A DNA stretch of 63,785 nucleotides, counting the filler, from Octopus bimaculoides (Eukaryota), in assembly GCF_001194135.2 (NCBI RefSeq). It is 6 parts of 5 records of this genome, joined end to end, with 100 filler letters (N's around TTAATTAATTAA, not from the genome) between each part and the next. Parts side by side here need not be neighbours in the genome. Positions count along the whole stretch, not along the records: positions 1 to 16,727 come from NC_068981.1; positions 16,828 to 39,455 come from NC_068985.1; 4 more parts are not named here. One strand, 5' to 3'. Of the stretch, positions 12,661 through 25,159 are shown one piece after another; position 1 is the first letter of the stretch, and each line of letters begins with the position of its first letter. The notes under the pieces are model-generated. The model was not told the DNA's origin, searched no databases, and saw only the letters and a program-made list of their open reading frames with translations. The position numbers and the translations under genes are program-made.

Positions 12661-15600
12661 CAAAAGATAATAGTGGTTGCTGTAGTGGTGCTGAATATAG
12701 CTGTGGTAGTTGTATTAGTTGTTGTACTGGCAGTGGTAGTGAAAATGAATTTGGTGGAAATAAGTAATCATATATAACATGTTGATGATACTAGGATGGT
12801 GTGATTGCAAGGAGGTGACACATAAATGACAGGGGTAGTTATGTACATGACACTGATAATGACAATAGTGATCATAACAGTAGGTGTGGAAGTGGAAGTG
12901 ATGCTGCAGCCGATGGTGGTGGTTGTGGTGGTGGTGATGGTTGTAGTGGTGATGGTTGTGATAACGAAGAAGCTAATGAAGATGATAACAACGAAGTTGG
13001 TAGTAGTAGTTGTAATGACAAGGACAACAATGTTGTTGGTGGTGGTGGTGGTGGTGGTGGTGATGGTGGTGGTGATGGTAGTGGTGGATATGGTGGTGGT
13101 TTTAGTGATGCTATTTTGTTACCCATGTGTTATCTGTACTGTTTTAGTACCAGGATTGCATATGCGTAGATGAAAGTATGATGTATCTTGAGCTTGAATA
13201 GATAAATGTATTTTGTTTTTTTCTAATGTGTTTTTTTCTTCAGTAACTAATCAAATTTCAATGTTTTGTTGCTCAATCATATATCAACATGTTTGCTAAT
13301 ATTTTTGCTGGTATATATTGTCACAGTGATCCCTACTTCAATCGGTTTAAATATCAGCAAGCTGAAACTCAAATTATGATTTGAGAAGTTTCGGCATCTA
13401 ATAAAATACATATCCTCTAGATTGTCTTTAAATACATTTCGCCACTTTTGCAAACACAATCGTTTACAAATCAACATACACATACTTACTGATATTTACA
13501 TGCACATAAATGTATATGTAAATTTGATTTACTTAATAATTCTTTCATCACTACTTTGACAAGCATTGTGAAGGTTATACTTTGTTGTGGAGGTCACAAT
13601 AAGATTGGAATGTATTTGAAATTACTTCATACATGTCACTGGACTAAAATATTAGTAATTGAGTGATATTACCTTTTCTCATATTGTTTATATTTTTTCC
13701 ATAGTTTTTAATACTCTTGATATTAGATTTACTAACACAAACTTACATGTACGTATATGTGAAATTAAAAAAAAACATTTGAATAATTTTCTAGATGCTT
13801 ATTATTTTGACTCCAAAACCTCTTTCAGATGAGAAATTCCTGTTTTTGTTTTTAATGTGTCTAAATCCTTGACCCTTGATGTATGTGTTGATATATGTAA
13901 CAAGACAAAATATTAACATCAATATAATGTCTGAGATGAATTTTAATAGATACATGTCAACATAATGAAACTGGTATTCAAAATAGGGAAAAGAAATTAT
14001 GAATTATTATTTACAGTTTTACATTTTTAGATTACTTCAAGGCCATAAGTTGTCAAATGTGAGACATATTCGATGAAATATAATCTGATATATGACTGAT
14101 AAATATTTTATCAATCTCTGAATACAAGAAGACATAGGTTAATCATGGCAATATTTTAAAATTGTAAGCATAAAACACTAAAGAGACATAAACAAATATT
14201 GTTAAGCATTTAATATTGTTTCTAATATAGGCATAAAACTTGCAGGATGTTAGTTTATTAAATGGACTCCAATTCTTGATTGGTACTTTGCTTTATCGTT
14301 CTCACAGGAGTGAAAAGCAAAGTTGACTTTTGCTGAATTCAAACTCAGAACATAAAGAAGTGTAACAAAATACCACGAGGTATTTTGTTTGATGCTCTAA
14401 TGAGTCTGCCAATCTGCTACCCTCATTATGCATTTATTAGTGGATTCTTATTAGCTGAATTGTTGGTATGTCAGCTATAATAATGCTGTGCAGTATTTAT
14501 GTTCTAAGTTCACATGCCATGGTGTTCATCTTTGTCATTCATTGTTGCAGGCTGAATTAATTAATGCATTAGTCAAGTAGAGGAGTTGATTGATTTAACT
14601 GTTCTGACCTTCTCGAAAATTTGTTGTCTTGTGCCATCACTGTTAGAAATCAAAATGGTGCTCTGTCATTTCCACTTTCCACTACTCTTATATGATTAGA
14701 TATTGATTTCTTACTTAAAGACACAATCATACATTTTGGAAGAGGGTAAAGTGACTTAAATCAATTGCGGTCTTCAAATGGTACTTATTTTGTCTCAAAG
14801 AGATGAAAGTTAAAGTCAGCCTTAACATGATTTGAACTCAAAATGTAAAGGGAAGTTACTAAATACCACATCATATTCAGTTGGAAGCTCTACTGATTCT
14901 GCCAATTGTAATATTGGTTTCAAATTTTGGCACAAAGCCAGCAATTTCAGGGGAGGGTTAAGTCAAATACATTGACTCTAGTGTTCAACTGCTTCTTATT
15001 TTATCCATCCCAAAAAGATGAACGGCAAAGTCAGCTTCAGCGATATTAGAACTCAGAATGTAAAAACAGATGAAATGCTGTTAAGCATGCTAACATTTCT
15101 GCCAGCTCACCACCCTTCTGTCATCATAATATTAATTATTGATTTAAGATTAGGTATAATGCTCACCCTGCTGTACTCTTTCACTACAACTTTCTCTCAC
15201 TCTTCCTTCCTGTTGCTGATGTACCTCTATTTCAAAGGGCCAGCCTTGTCACACTCTGTGTCACGCTGAATCTCCCCAAGAACTACATTAAGGGTACACA
15301 TGTCTGTAGAGTGCTCAGCCACTTGCATGTTAGTTTCATGTGCAAGCTGTTCCACTGATCAGATCAACCGGAGCCCTCGTTATCGTATCCAACAGAGTAC
15401 CACGACAACGATATATATATATATATATATATATATANNNNNNNNNNNNNNNNNNNNNNNNNNNNNNNNNNNNNNNNNNNNNNNNNNNNNNNNNNNNNNN
15501 NNNNNNNNNNNNNNNNNNNNNNNNNNNNNNNNNNNNNNNNNNNNNNNNNNNNNNNNNNNNNNNNNNNNNNNNNNNNNNNNNNNNNNNNNNNNNNNNNNNN

Positions 15601-16382
15601 NNNNNNNNNNNNNNNNNNNNNNNNNNNNNNNNNNNNNNNNNNNNNNNNNNNNNNNNNNNNNNNNNNNNNNNNNNNNNNNNNNNNNNNNNNNNNNNNNNNN
15701 NNNNNNNNNNNNNNNNNNNNNNNNNNNNNNNNNNNNNNNNNNNNNNNNGGGTTTTTTTTCCTTATCAGGTTTTTCACACTAACTACTCGATAAATTCTTA
15801 TAAAGTTTTTATCCTAAAATTATATTATATATATATATATATATATATAGATAGATATATACAGACACAAAGACCCACGTCTTTGTGTGTGTGTGTCCCA
15901 CCCCATTACTGCTTGACAACTAGTGCTGGTGTGTTTATGTCCCCATAACTTTATGGTTCGGCAAAGAGAGAACGATAGAATAAGTACCAGGCTTTAAAAA
16001 GAGATAAGTACTGGACTTAAATAAATCGATTCATTGGACTAGAAACCTTCTGAGACGGTGCTCCAGCATGGCCACAGTCAAATGACTGAAACAAGTAAAA
16101 GAATAAAAGAATTAGAATATGAATTAAGATATAGTTAATTGCAATGGTAGCTACAGCAGTGTTCATTCTTGCGCATGGGTTAGAGGTCAAAAAGAGCAAA
16201 TCAACTTAGTTTGACGATAAACCAGAAGAATGGAGGAAGTATGTAATGTCTGTATAGGTTTGTTGAGTTTGCTCAGTGATATGCACGAAACTCTTGGCCC
16301 TTGAGTCACCTTAGTAACTTCCTGCTGATTAAAAATAATGAAGAAGTACGTACCTGCATACAAACATGCATGCATTTATCTG

Positions 16383-16441
<59 letters not shown>

Positions 16442-16442
16442 G

Positions 16443-16500
<58 letters not shown>

Positions 16501-16727
16501 GATATGTGTGTGCATATGTAGTTATATATATATGATGTATGGAGGCGCAAGGGCCCAGTGGTTAGGGCAGCGGACTCGTGGTCATAGGATCGTGGTTTCG
16601 ATTCCCAGACCGGGCGTTGTGAGTGTTTATTGAGCGAAAACACCTAAAGCTCCACGAGACTCCGGCAGGGGATGGTGGTGAACCCTGCTGTACTCTTCCA
16701 CCACAACTTTCTCTCACTCTTACTTCC

Positions 16728-16827
16728 NNNNNNNNNNNNNNNNNNNNNNNNNNNNNNNNNNNNNNNNNNNNTTAATTAATTAANNNNNNNNNNNNNNNNN
16801 NNNNNNNNNNNNNNNNNNNNNNNNNNN
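16728..16827. other. Assembly linker N44-TTAATTAATTAA-N44 (100 bp); also at 39456-39555, 41544-41643, 54839-54938, 62648-62747
   Basis: An identical 12-mer with stops in all six frames sits centred in a 100-nt gap five times. This is artificial and probably marks joins of unknown size. Confidence 0.95.
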
Positions 16828-16912
16828 AACCCGTGCCAACTTAGAAAACAGATGTTAAATGAGAATGATGAATGATGACGATGTTGATAGACATTAACAA
16901 ACTTTCTCTCTG

Positions 16913-16961
<49 letters not shown>

Positions 16962-17718
16962 GTTCTTCTTTCTTACTCTCTGTCTTAGTGATCCAAAAAT
17001 ATAGATAAAGAGTGAAGGTAACTCCTGTACGTACGTTACTGTTAAGGGTTCTAGCATTCATAAGGCCGGTTGCCCGGCTTCCATGGTGTATAAGTGACCA
17101 AGGTAACAGCATTTACCCCGAATAGAATGTCAGTCCATCTCAGGATTACTTATTTACAGCTGAGTGGACTGGAGCAAGGTAAAATGAAGTGCTTTGCACC
17201 AGAACACAATGTATAACGCAGGCCAGAAATCGAAGCCAACATCTGGCAATCAAGAACGCAACATCTTAGCTACTAGACCATGCGCCTTCACTCGGAAAAC
17301 ATATATTCATATATGATTATCTTGTGCATAATACAGTATGTGTTAGAAAAACTAAAATAAATTTAACTAAATTGCAATCTAAAGTCTCCACTGTACAACT
17401 TCAGCAAATGTAAATATATTTTGAAGACCTACCCTTATACGTTTCATGGCTTGTTGGTCACTCTTCAGAAGAAAAATACTGCTCATCTGTTTACTTTCAA
17501 AAAGAACTTACAACAATCGCTATCTAAATCAAACTGTATCAGCCCTTGCCTTTCTTTTGGACAACATCGATGGTGTGGAGAGGAGAGGCTGATATTCATG
17601 GGCGACTGCTGGTCTTCCATAATCAATCTAACCTGGACTTGTGCCTAGGTAGAGAACTTTCCAGGTGCAATCCCGTGGTCATTCGTGACCGAAGGGTCTC
17701 TTTCTCTCTCTCTCTCTC

Positions 17719-17786
<68 letters not shown>

Positions 17787-17972
17787 CATACATACATACA
17801 TACACATACATACATACATACACACACATACATACATATATATATTTAGACACACATATGCATACACACAAATTGGGTTGTCAGATAAATTCGTTCGTTT
17901 TTTTTTCATTTTATTTGAATCCTTTCTAATGTTATTTGAGTTGATTCGGAAAGTATTTCATATATGCATATA

Positions 17973-18040
<68 letters not shown>

Positions 18041-18080
18041 TATATATACATGTGTATGTCATATACATATATATACATGT

Positions 18081-18112
<32 letters not shown>

Positions 18113-18424
18113 GTTTAGTGTTAGAAACACACATATACATTTTTAAATACACGCACACACATATATATATATGTACATAGATACAAATATAAAGTGAAAT
18201 AAGTAGATTAAGTAATTAGGTCAGCTCATTAGCTGAGATATTAACATTGAACGAAATAAAATAAATTAAACTTATAGATTACAGTTCACTGCTCAAAACG
18301 AAAACGTAATAGTTTTGACCCGACATTCCTGCAGTAAGACTGAGACTGATTGTGTTGGGATTAAAAATACAAGGAGTAAAGGGAAGCAAACATTAACAAT
18401 TCTGTAGAAAACTAAAATTCTTAC

Positions 18425-18622
18425 TTGATTTTCTCATAACCAATTGATCTCCACATTTGTCTTCTGCTCGTAGAAATATTTCTGGAATGATGATGAGAAT
18501 GCGTCGACCTTTTCCTGGTTTGATAAACCAGGTGCAGTTGACATTGTTAGGGTAATCCCCGGGATAATTTGGGCTTTCTAGTCTACCCCGTAAAAGTCCG
18601 ATGTAACCTCCACATTTCCGAT
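18425..18622 (-). CDS. SCUBE: SCUBE CUB domain, first exon: [65 protein letters not shown]
   Basis: gtccttag acceptor and gtaaga donor; 198 nt, phase 1 to 1. CUB signature CGG...ESPNYP..YP...CTW and the SCUBE-specific RRILIxxPEIFL..ED.CGD.LVMRK. Confidence 0.97.
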
Positions 18623-19235
18623 CTAAGGACAAAAGAAAAAAAACACATTTAATATAACTGCCTTCAACTACAACATGAATGTGTATGCGTCTATGTGTGT
18701 GCACGTGTGCGACTTCGCGCGCGCGCGCGCGTGTGTGTGCGTGTGCGACTTCATGTGTGTGCGTGTGTAACTTTTTTGATCACACGTTGGGTTCTAATTC
18801 AACATATAAGATTTCAGTTTACTTATCAATGTCAGAAGGCGGAGAGCTGGTAGAATCATTATCTTGCCGGACTCAGCGTGTCTCCTGGCTTTTTACATCC
18901 TGAGTTCAAATCCCAGCGAGGTCAACTTTTTCTTCCATCTTTTCGGGATCGACAAAACACAGTACTCGTCAAGTACTGGGGTCGATGTAATCGATTACCA
19001 CCCCAACCCAAACTTCTCGCCTTGTACCAAGATTTGAAACAACTAGTAATAGCAGAAATGTAATTTTTGTTTAGGATTTTTTAATGAAGGAATAATTGAG
19101 AATAATAAAAAAAAGAAGAAAATACCCCAGACATCCTCAGTAACTTTTAAGATGCCATGGGTTTGTCTTTTGAACCAGAATGGTGAGAAAAAAGTTAAGA
19201 AAAGTTCAGAAATTCAGCCCAAAATAGTAACTTAC

Positions 19236-19397
19236 TTTTGCAGTCGGAACTGTTCTTACTGTTTCCTCCATCTGTGGTTGTGTCTCCGGGACAAGGAATG
19301 CAGAAATTTTGGCTGCTTTCTGATTGGTAAAAGCCAATTGGACAGTCTTTACAGCTTTCACTTTCCACATCATAGAAATGACCAGGTCCACAGATCG
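19236..19397 (-). CDS. SCUBE: SCUBE Cys-rich repeat exon 3: ICGPGHFYDVESESCKDCPIGFYQSESSQNFCIPCPGDTTTDGGNSKNSSDCK(N)
   Basis: ttctccag acceptor and gtaagt donor; 162 nt, phase 1 to 1. The frame is not in the ORF track. Matches SCUBE CSPGHFY...CPGNTTTD...CKN. Confidence 0.95.
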
Positions 19398-20213
19398 CTG
19401 GAGAAAGAAAGAACAGTAGTTGTAGATTAATAAATTATGACTTAATTGAAATACTTTTATAGATTCCATAACTTGTGTTAAGCTTTCGTCAGGTATTTAA
19501 CGAGTGAAAACAATTTCTTAAGAGAATGAGACTTCCATTAACAATCGTAGGGTGAATAATATTGTTTACTACTAAGATATTATTTCAAATAATGTACTCA
19601 GGTTTGGTGACCGTAAATACAGTGGTTCTCAAATGCAGCGACTCCTAAACTATCATCGTCGTTCGTCGTGACCTATTTTGACAAATGAATAATCTATGAT
19701 CCTTTTCTGTACTGTATTACTATGGGGCTAACTTAACAGTTGATACCTATCTTGGGGAAATATTTTCCAGATTTTATTGACAGAAGGGGACCCTAACCAC
19801 TGGGCCGTGGATTATTTGCTACGGGCCGCACAAAAAATATAAATTTTAAAATTTCATTGACTATTGCAGTCTAAAAGGTGTTTCTGCATTATATATGTAA
19901 TAATTAAATTATATATTACTAGCAGAAAGACCGCCCTCCAGTCCGGACGGTTTTCTGATACCTACCAGATAATGTTTTCACATTTGATTCCCAATTCAAA
20001 TAATTTTTATATTTTACGTCTAATTATTTCTTTGCATAATAGTGCTCACTTGCTTAGTAAATATTGCTTTCATTATTTTATCAGTCATAATCTCACATTT
20101 TAAACAAACATCACGGTAGTCCAACGACACAGGGAGAAGCAGTTTGTCAAGTTTTACCTTCCCCTCAAAGCAACATAGAGATTTCATTTCAGCAGCCCAT
20201 CTCTAAGCTTTGC

Positions 20214-20309
<96 letters not shown>

Positions 20310-21142
20310 AGAGAGGGAGAAAGAATATTGCTAACAATAACTGAAATAAACCTGAAATGGAAAAATCGTATAAATAAAAGAGCATTACTGCAGACGTATA
20401 TGCCCTCGATTTTGTTGCCTCATAACATCTAGAAAAATGGATACTTTTTAACAAAATTTTCTACAAATACCGCTTAGATATTGTGGCTTCAGAATATATA
20501 GGGATTTATAGGAAAATCTTTCTGAGGGGGTGGAGTGAAGAGTTTTTGGAAAATTCACATGGTCTGACTTTTTTCCCTCATAACTTTCAGGAAGATGGGT
20601 ATCTTTTAATGAAATTTTATACAAATCCCTTTCAATTGGCATAGATTACGATTATAAAGAAATTTGTGGGGAAAATTTTTTCGGTGATTTTCCCAATTTT
20701 TTTTTTTAAACCACAGCATTCGTAACGATGGGGTTGTGAGGAGGCATCTTTGTATGAAAAAAGTTTTGAAGACTTTTTTTTTACACTCCCTCCCTCATCA
20801 TTACACCTCGGACCTATTTTGGCCAATTTTGTTTTTGCACTTCAAAACCACGGGAAGAGCATTTTCGGTAAAAAAAAAAATGTTAATATTTTCAGAGGGA
20901 AAAGTGAGTGATTTAAGGGCGATTTGGCTGTTGTTTCTAGCAATCCAAAAAAAAAACCTTCCTCGTTTCTTTATCACTCTCAAGGTCATTGCTGGCATTC
21001 ATCCACAGCGGTTTAAAAAATATACGGAGATGTACTTGCATAGTAAGTGACTTGATCTGAGATCGTGTGCTGAAACAAAAACAATTGCAACGTAGATGTT
21101 TTTAAGCCATTCAAGAACACACAAAAAAGCCTTTAGTCTCAC

Positions 21143-21340
21143 GGCACTACTTAAATACAGAGGTCCCGATGCATCTACGCAACGATATGAAGGGGAGGGT
21201 TAGTTTTAGGGTTAGTTTTTAAGGTTAAGGTTAGGGTTAGGTGTCATTACACGTCCACACAGCGTATATTTAAAGTGTTTTGTACGTAACACTTGTATTT
21301 AAGTAGTAATGTTAAGGGATCTCTGTATTTAAGTAGTGCC
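21143..21340. mobile_element. 198-bp MITE-like element with internal TTAGGG-like repeats
   Basis: 25-bp TIRs GGCACTACTTAAATACAGAG(G/A)TCCC; internal ggttagttttagggttag...ggttagggttagg. No clear TSD. Confidence 0.7.
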
Positions 21341-21460
21341 AGTTTCACTTCAGCATTAAAATTTCATCTGTATCAAAAGAGTTTTGTCGCCCTGAAACCG
21401 CGACCTATTCACTGACAAGACTTCACAAAGTTGATGTAGCACGAAGTTTTGTCAGTGAAC

Positions 21461-21531
<71 letters not shown>

Positions 21532-24085
21532 TCATTGCCTGTCATTTGTGTGTATGTGTATCTATGTGTGTGCGCGAGTGCGTCACTGTTGAAGTCGCTC
21601 GTGCAACTTGTTTGTGTCTATATTGACTTAGTGGTACAGAGTGTTTGGAAACTGTGAATAGGGTGCAAGTTTCGAGTACTTGTCGGTAACTTTTCCTTTT
21701 CTCCTCGACTTCTAATAGTAATTACCCAAATTTCTAAGCTCTTCTCACAGCTATCTCACGTTCAAAAATTATACGGGTATTTTAAAATTTTTATTCAATA
21801 AATAATGTTTTTAAATTACGTATATTATAGATATCCCTTCATCAAAGACGATGTGAGATTGTTAAATAGAGGGAAATATTTGAGTTCGAAATAAGAAATT
21901 ATTATGTAAAAGGAGGAGATAGGGAATATAGAGGGAAATAAGAGAATGAAAGCAGAAATAAAATATAAAATATGAAATAAAGATATTGTAGTTGCAGTTC
22001 CATTATTCGAGGAAAGTGGTGTATAGAAGTGGTAAAAAAGTTTCGTGTACATGGTATGTATGTTCCAATAGAATATATAATATAATATAATATAATATTA
22101 TATATATGTATATATTCTCTTACATAACATCTCAATGTTATGCCGTAATAAAATATTACGCCAGCAAGCGTTGCGTTGACAAAACCTAGAATTTAGAATT
22201 TAAGAAGAAAGCAATGATCCTCTGGAAAATATTAGGGTATAATATTTGATTGTGGAATAATAGATCTGGTTTTGTGAAATGGATCTCTGATTTCATCTGT
22301 ATTAGGTTTAAGGAGTTAGACACTAGGGAAGCAAACATTGATAGTTCTGATGACAACCGGGAAAAACACAACTCAAATTAATGTTGACAATGATATTAGT
22401 AACAACGATATAAAAATAACTGTTTCAGTTACAATAAACAACAACAACAAAACACCCAATGTAATGACAACAACAAATTCTAATAACAAACAATAAACTA
22501 GAACAAACAAGGGTGTGGTGGAGGATTCTACATCGTGGAAATTGCAATCAGTTCTCTCTCAAGTAACACGCTACCATCTTTAGAAGTGGCTAGTTCGGAT
22601 AATGTTCTTTCACTAAATGATGTTGAAACAGCTGTAGGCCTGCTGGATCAAGGTTGGTCTGGGGCTAAACTATAACAACAATAAACAATAGTAGTTCTAA
22701 GCTGCAATGTTCTTAAATTCAAGTGGTATCTAGCTGAAAAAAATACGACACCCTGTTTATATGAACTTCACTAAATAAAATAGACGACAGGCGTAATTTA
22801 AATAAGTGCAGCTGTGGATGTGTGGTTCAGAAGCTTGATTTCTAACCATTTGGTCTTGGTTTCAGTCCCACTGCACAACACCTTGGGCAAATGTTTTCTA
22901 CAATAGCCCCAGGCCACATTGTGAATGGATTTGGTAGACGGAAATTGAAAGAAATATATTTATGTGCGCGAGCGCGCACGTATGTGTGTGTAGAAATGCA
23001 TGTATATGTTTGTGCTTACCCTTGTCTTGACATTACGTGCTAGTTGTAAATTAACATCATTTCCAGTCTTGTATGGTGAACATATCTGTCCATGAGGAAA
23101 CATTTACTTTGCTTGGAAACAGGAAGGGTATTCGACCGTGGAAAAAGCCTGCTTCAACAAATTCTGTCTGACCCATGCAGGCATGGAAAAGTGGACGTTA
23201 AACGATGATAAGGATGATGATGAAGACAAGGGAACAAAATATTGCATTGGACTTAGTTGAAAGTTTGAAGTAGAAACCAGCATTCACTTCAGTCTTTCAT
23301 TGAAGACACTTCAAACTCTTAAGATCGTCTGACACAGGTATTTCAGAGAAATCTTTGATTTCATCAAACAACAATAGCATCACCACCACCACCACCACCA
23401 CCACCACCACNNNNNNNNNNNNNNNNNNNNNNNNNNNNNNNNNNACCACCACCATCATCATCAATGACAAGAACAACAACTGGCACTCCGTCGGTTACGA
23501 TGACGTGGGTTCCAGTTTGTACAGTCAACAGAAGAGCCTCCGCGTGAAATCAACGTGCAAGTGGCTGAGCATTCCGCAGCCATATACTTTTTGAAAGAGA
23601 GAAAAATGTGATGGCCACAACTGGAACACTTTTGATTTTAGGTCTGCTAAATCAGAGTGTGGAGGTGTGTCTCATGCTTGTAAGATTGTGGTTTTGATTC
23701 CTCGACCAGGAGATGCGTTTTGTTCTTCATTTCACATTGCCCCAGTCCACTCAGCCGGCAAAATTGAATAATCTGGCGACGGAACAACTTCCTGTCCAGT
23801 GAGGAATATATACACTAGAGAATCTGAGAAACTAACTCCATAAGCCTATTTGACCCCAGAAGAAGCTTTATCCTTTTATCTGCTGAATCAGGGCCTACCC
23901 GTCCCCAAACAAGAGGCTACATAACAATAACAATAACAGGAATACTGCTGGTCACAAACACGCAAACAGATGTAAAAATGGCTAACATTAAAACTCAGAC
24001 ATTAGCAGTAATACAAAGTAAGCAGACATAAAACAACAACAACAACAAAAAAAAAGCGTAAAACACAAACAAGAGACCGTCTTAC

Positions 24086-24253
24086 TTTTGACGATGCAGT
24101 CTTGGAAACTGGTGGAAGCGACACCTCTTGTTTTTATAGAACGACCACATGGGATACATTTGGTGCGCCCAATATCTGTTTGATATGTTCCAATTGGACA
24201 AGGTTGGCAAGGCTCAAGTCCATCATCAGCAAAATAACCACGACTACATAGGC
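24086..24253 (-). CDS. SCUBE: SCUBE Cys-rich repeat exon 2: LCSRGYFADDGLEPCQPCPIGTYQTDIGRTKCIPCGRSIKTRGVASTSFQDCIVK(T)
   Basis: ttctttag acceptor and gtaaga donor; 168 nt, phase 1 to 1. Matches the SCUBE DGxxPCxxCPxGTYQ...STSFQDC motif. Confidence 0.95.
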
Positions 24254-24796
24254 CTAAAGAAAAAAAATGAAAGAAGAATTTAAGACAAAACATAGTTATT
24301 AGTCATCATTTCGGGGTCGATAAAATAAGTACCAGTTGAGCACTGGGGTCAATGTAATTGACAATCCTCCTTCTCATAAAATTACTAGGCTTGTATCTAT
24401 AATAGTTATTCAACATTTGGTAGTTTCAGGCAAATTTCTGCTGCATCACCTGTTGCATCTCTCTGTTGCTGGGGTGTGTGTAGCATTGTGCGTTCTTTTT
24501 GTTGTTGGGGGAGTCAAACTCTTTCTGGTATTGTATTGCATCAATTTGTTTTGATATGGGGTCTGGTTGCATTTTTTGTTGTATTAGTGCTTATATTGTG
24601 TGCTCTATTGTGTGTTGCATTGTGTGTTGTGTTCTTCTGAGGAGTAATCGGCCGGTTGGTGGTTGTTTATTTTATTGGATATTTGCTATATATGCCTTGT
24701 ATTTGTGGATTGCTTTGTTTAGTTTGTATTATTGAATTTAGAGTGTTTTGCGTAAGATGTGGAATGTTCCTAGCAAAGCTATTATTATTATTATTA

Positions 24797-24864
24797 TTAA
24801 AGAAGTGATTTTAAATTCTCAATCGCATTATTCTGCGATTGAGAATTTAAAATCACTTCTTTAA
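24797..24864. repeat. Perfect 31-bp inverted repeat with a 6-nt spacer
   Basis: TTAAAGAAGTGATTTTAAATTCTCAATCGCA-ttattc-TGCGATTGAGAATTTAAAATCACTTCTTTAA. Confidence 0.95.
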
Positions 24865-24925
24865 CTTTCTAAGGCATCTCAACGCTTCTAAAAGCGATTG
24901 TTTATTTACGTTTGTCGTAATTTGA

Positions 24926-24964
<39 letters not shown>

Positions 24965-25159
24965 CTTCCGGTTGGAAATATAGAACGTTGGTGGAAGCTT
25001 GACAGATATTTTTGTTATCAAAACTACTGTCTTCGTTGATACTATTGTTTAAAAGGGAGCATAAGACAATAAATAGTCTTTGTGTCCAGAAAAAAAAAAC
25101 AAACTAAAAAGAACTAATATTTGGGCCTTGTGCCCAAATATTAGTATTTGCGAAATGTT

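Noticed and set aside
13277-13483. Minus-strand ORF LQKWRNVFKDNLED... as the missing SCUBE C-terminus
   Set aside because: No similarity to the expected sequence and no flanking splice sites.
16772-16783. TTAATTAATTAA 12-mer occurring five times as a possible regulatory palindrome
   Set aside because: Always centred in exactly 44 N + 44 N with stops in all frames; it is an assembly linker.
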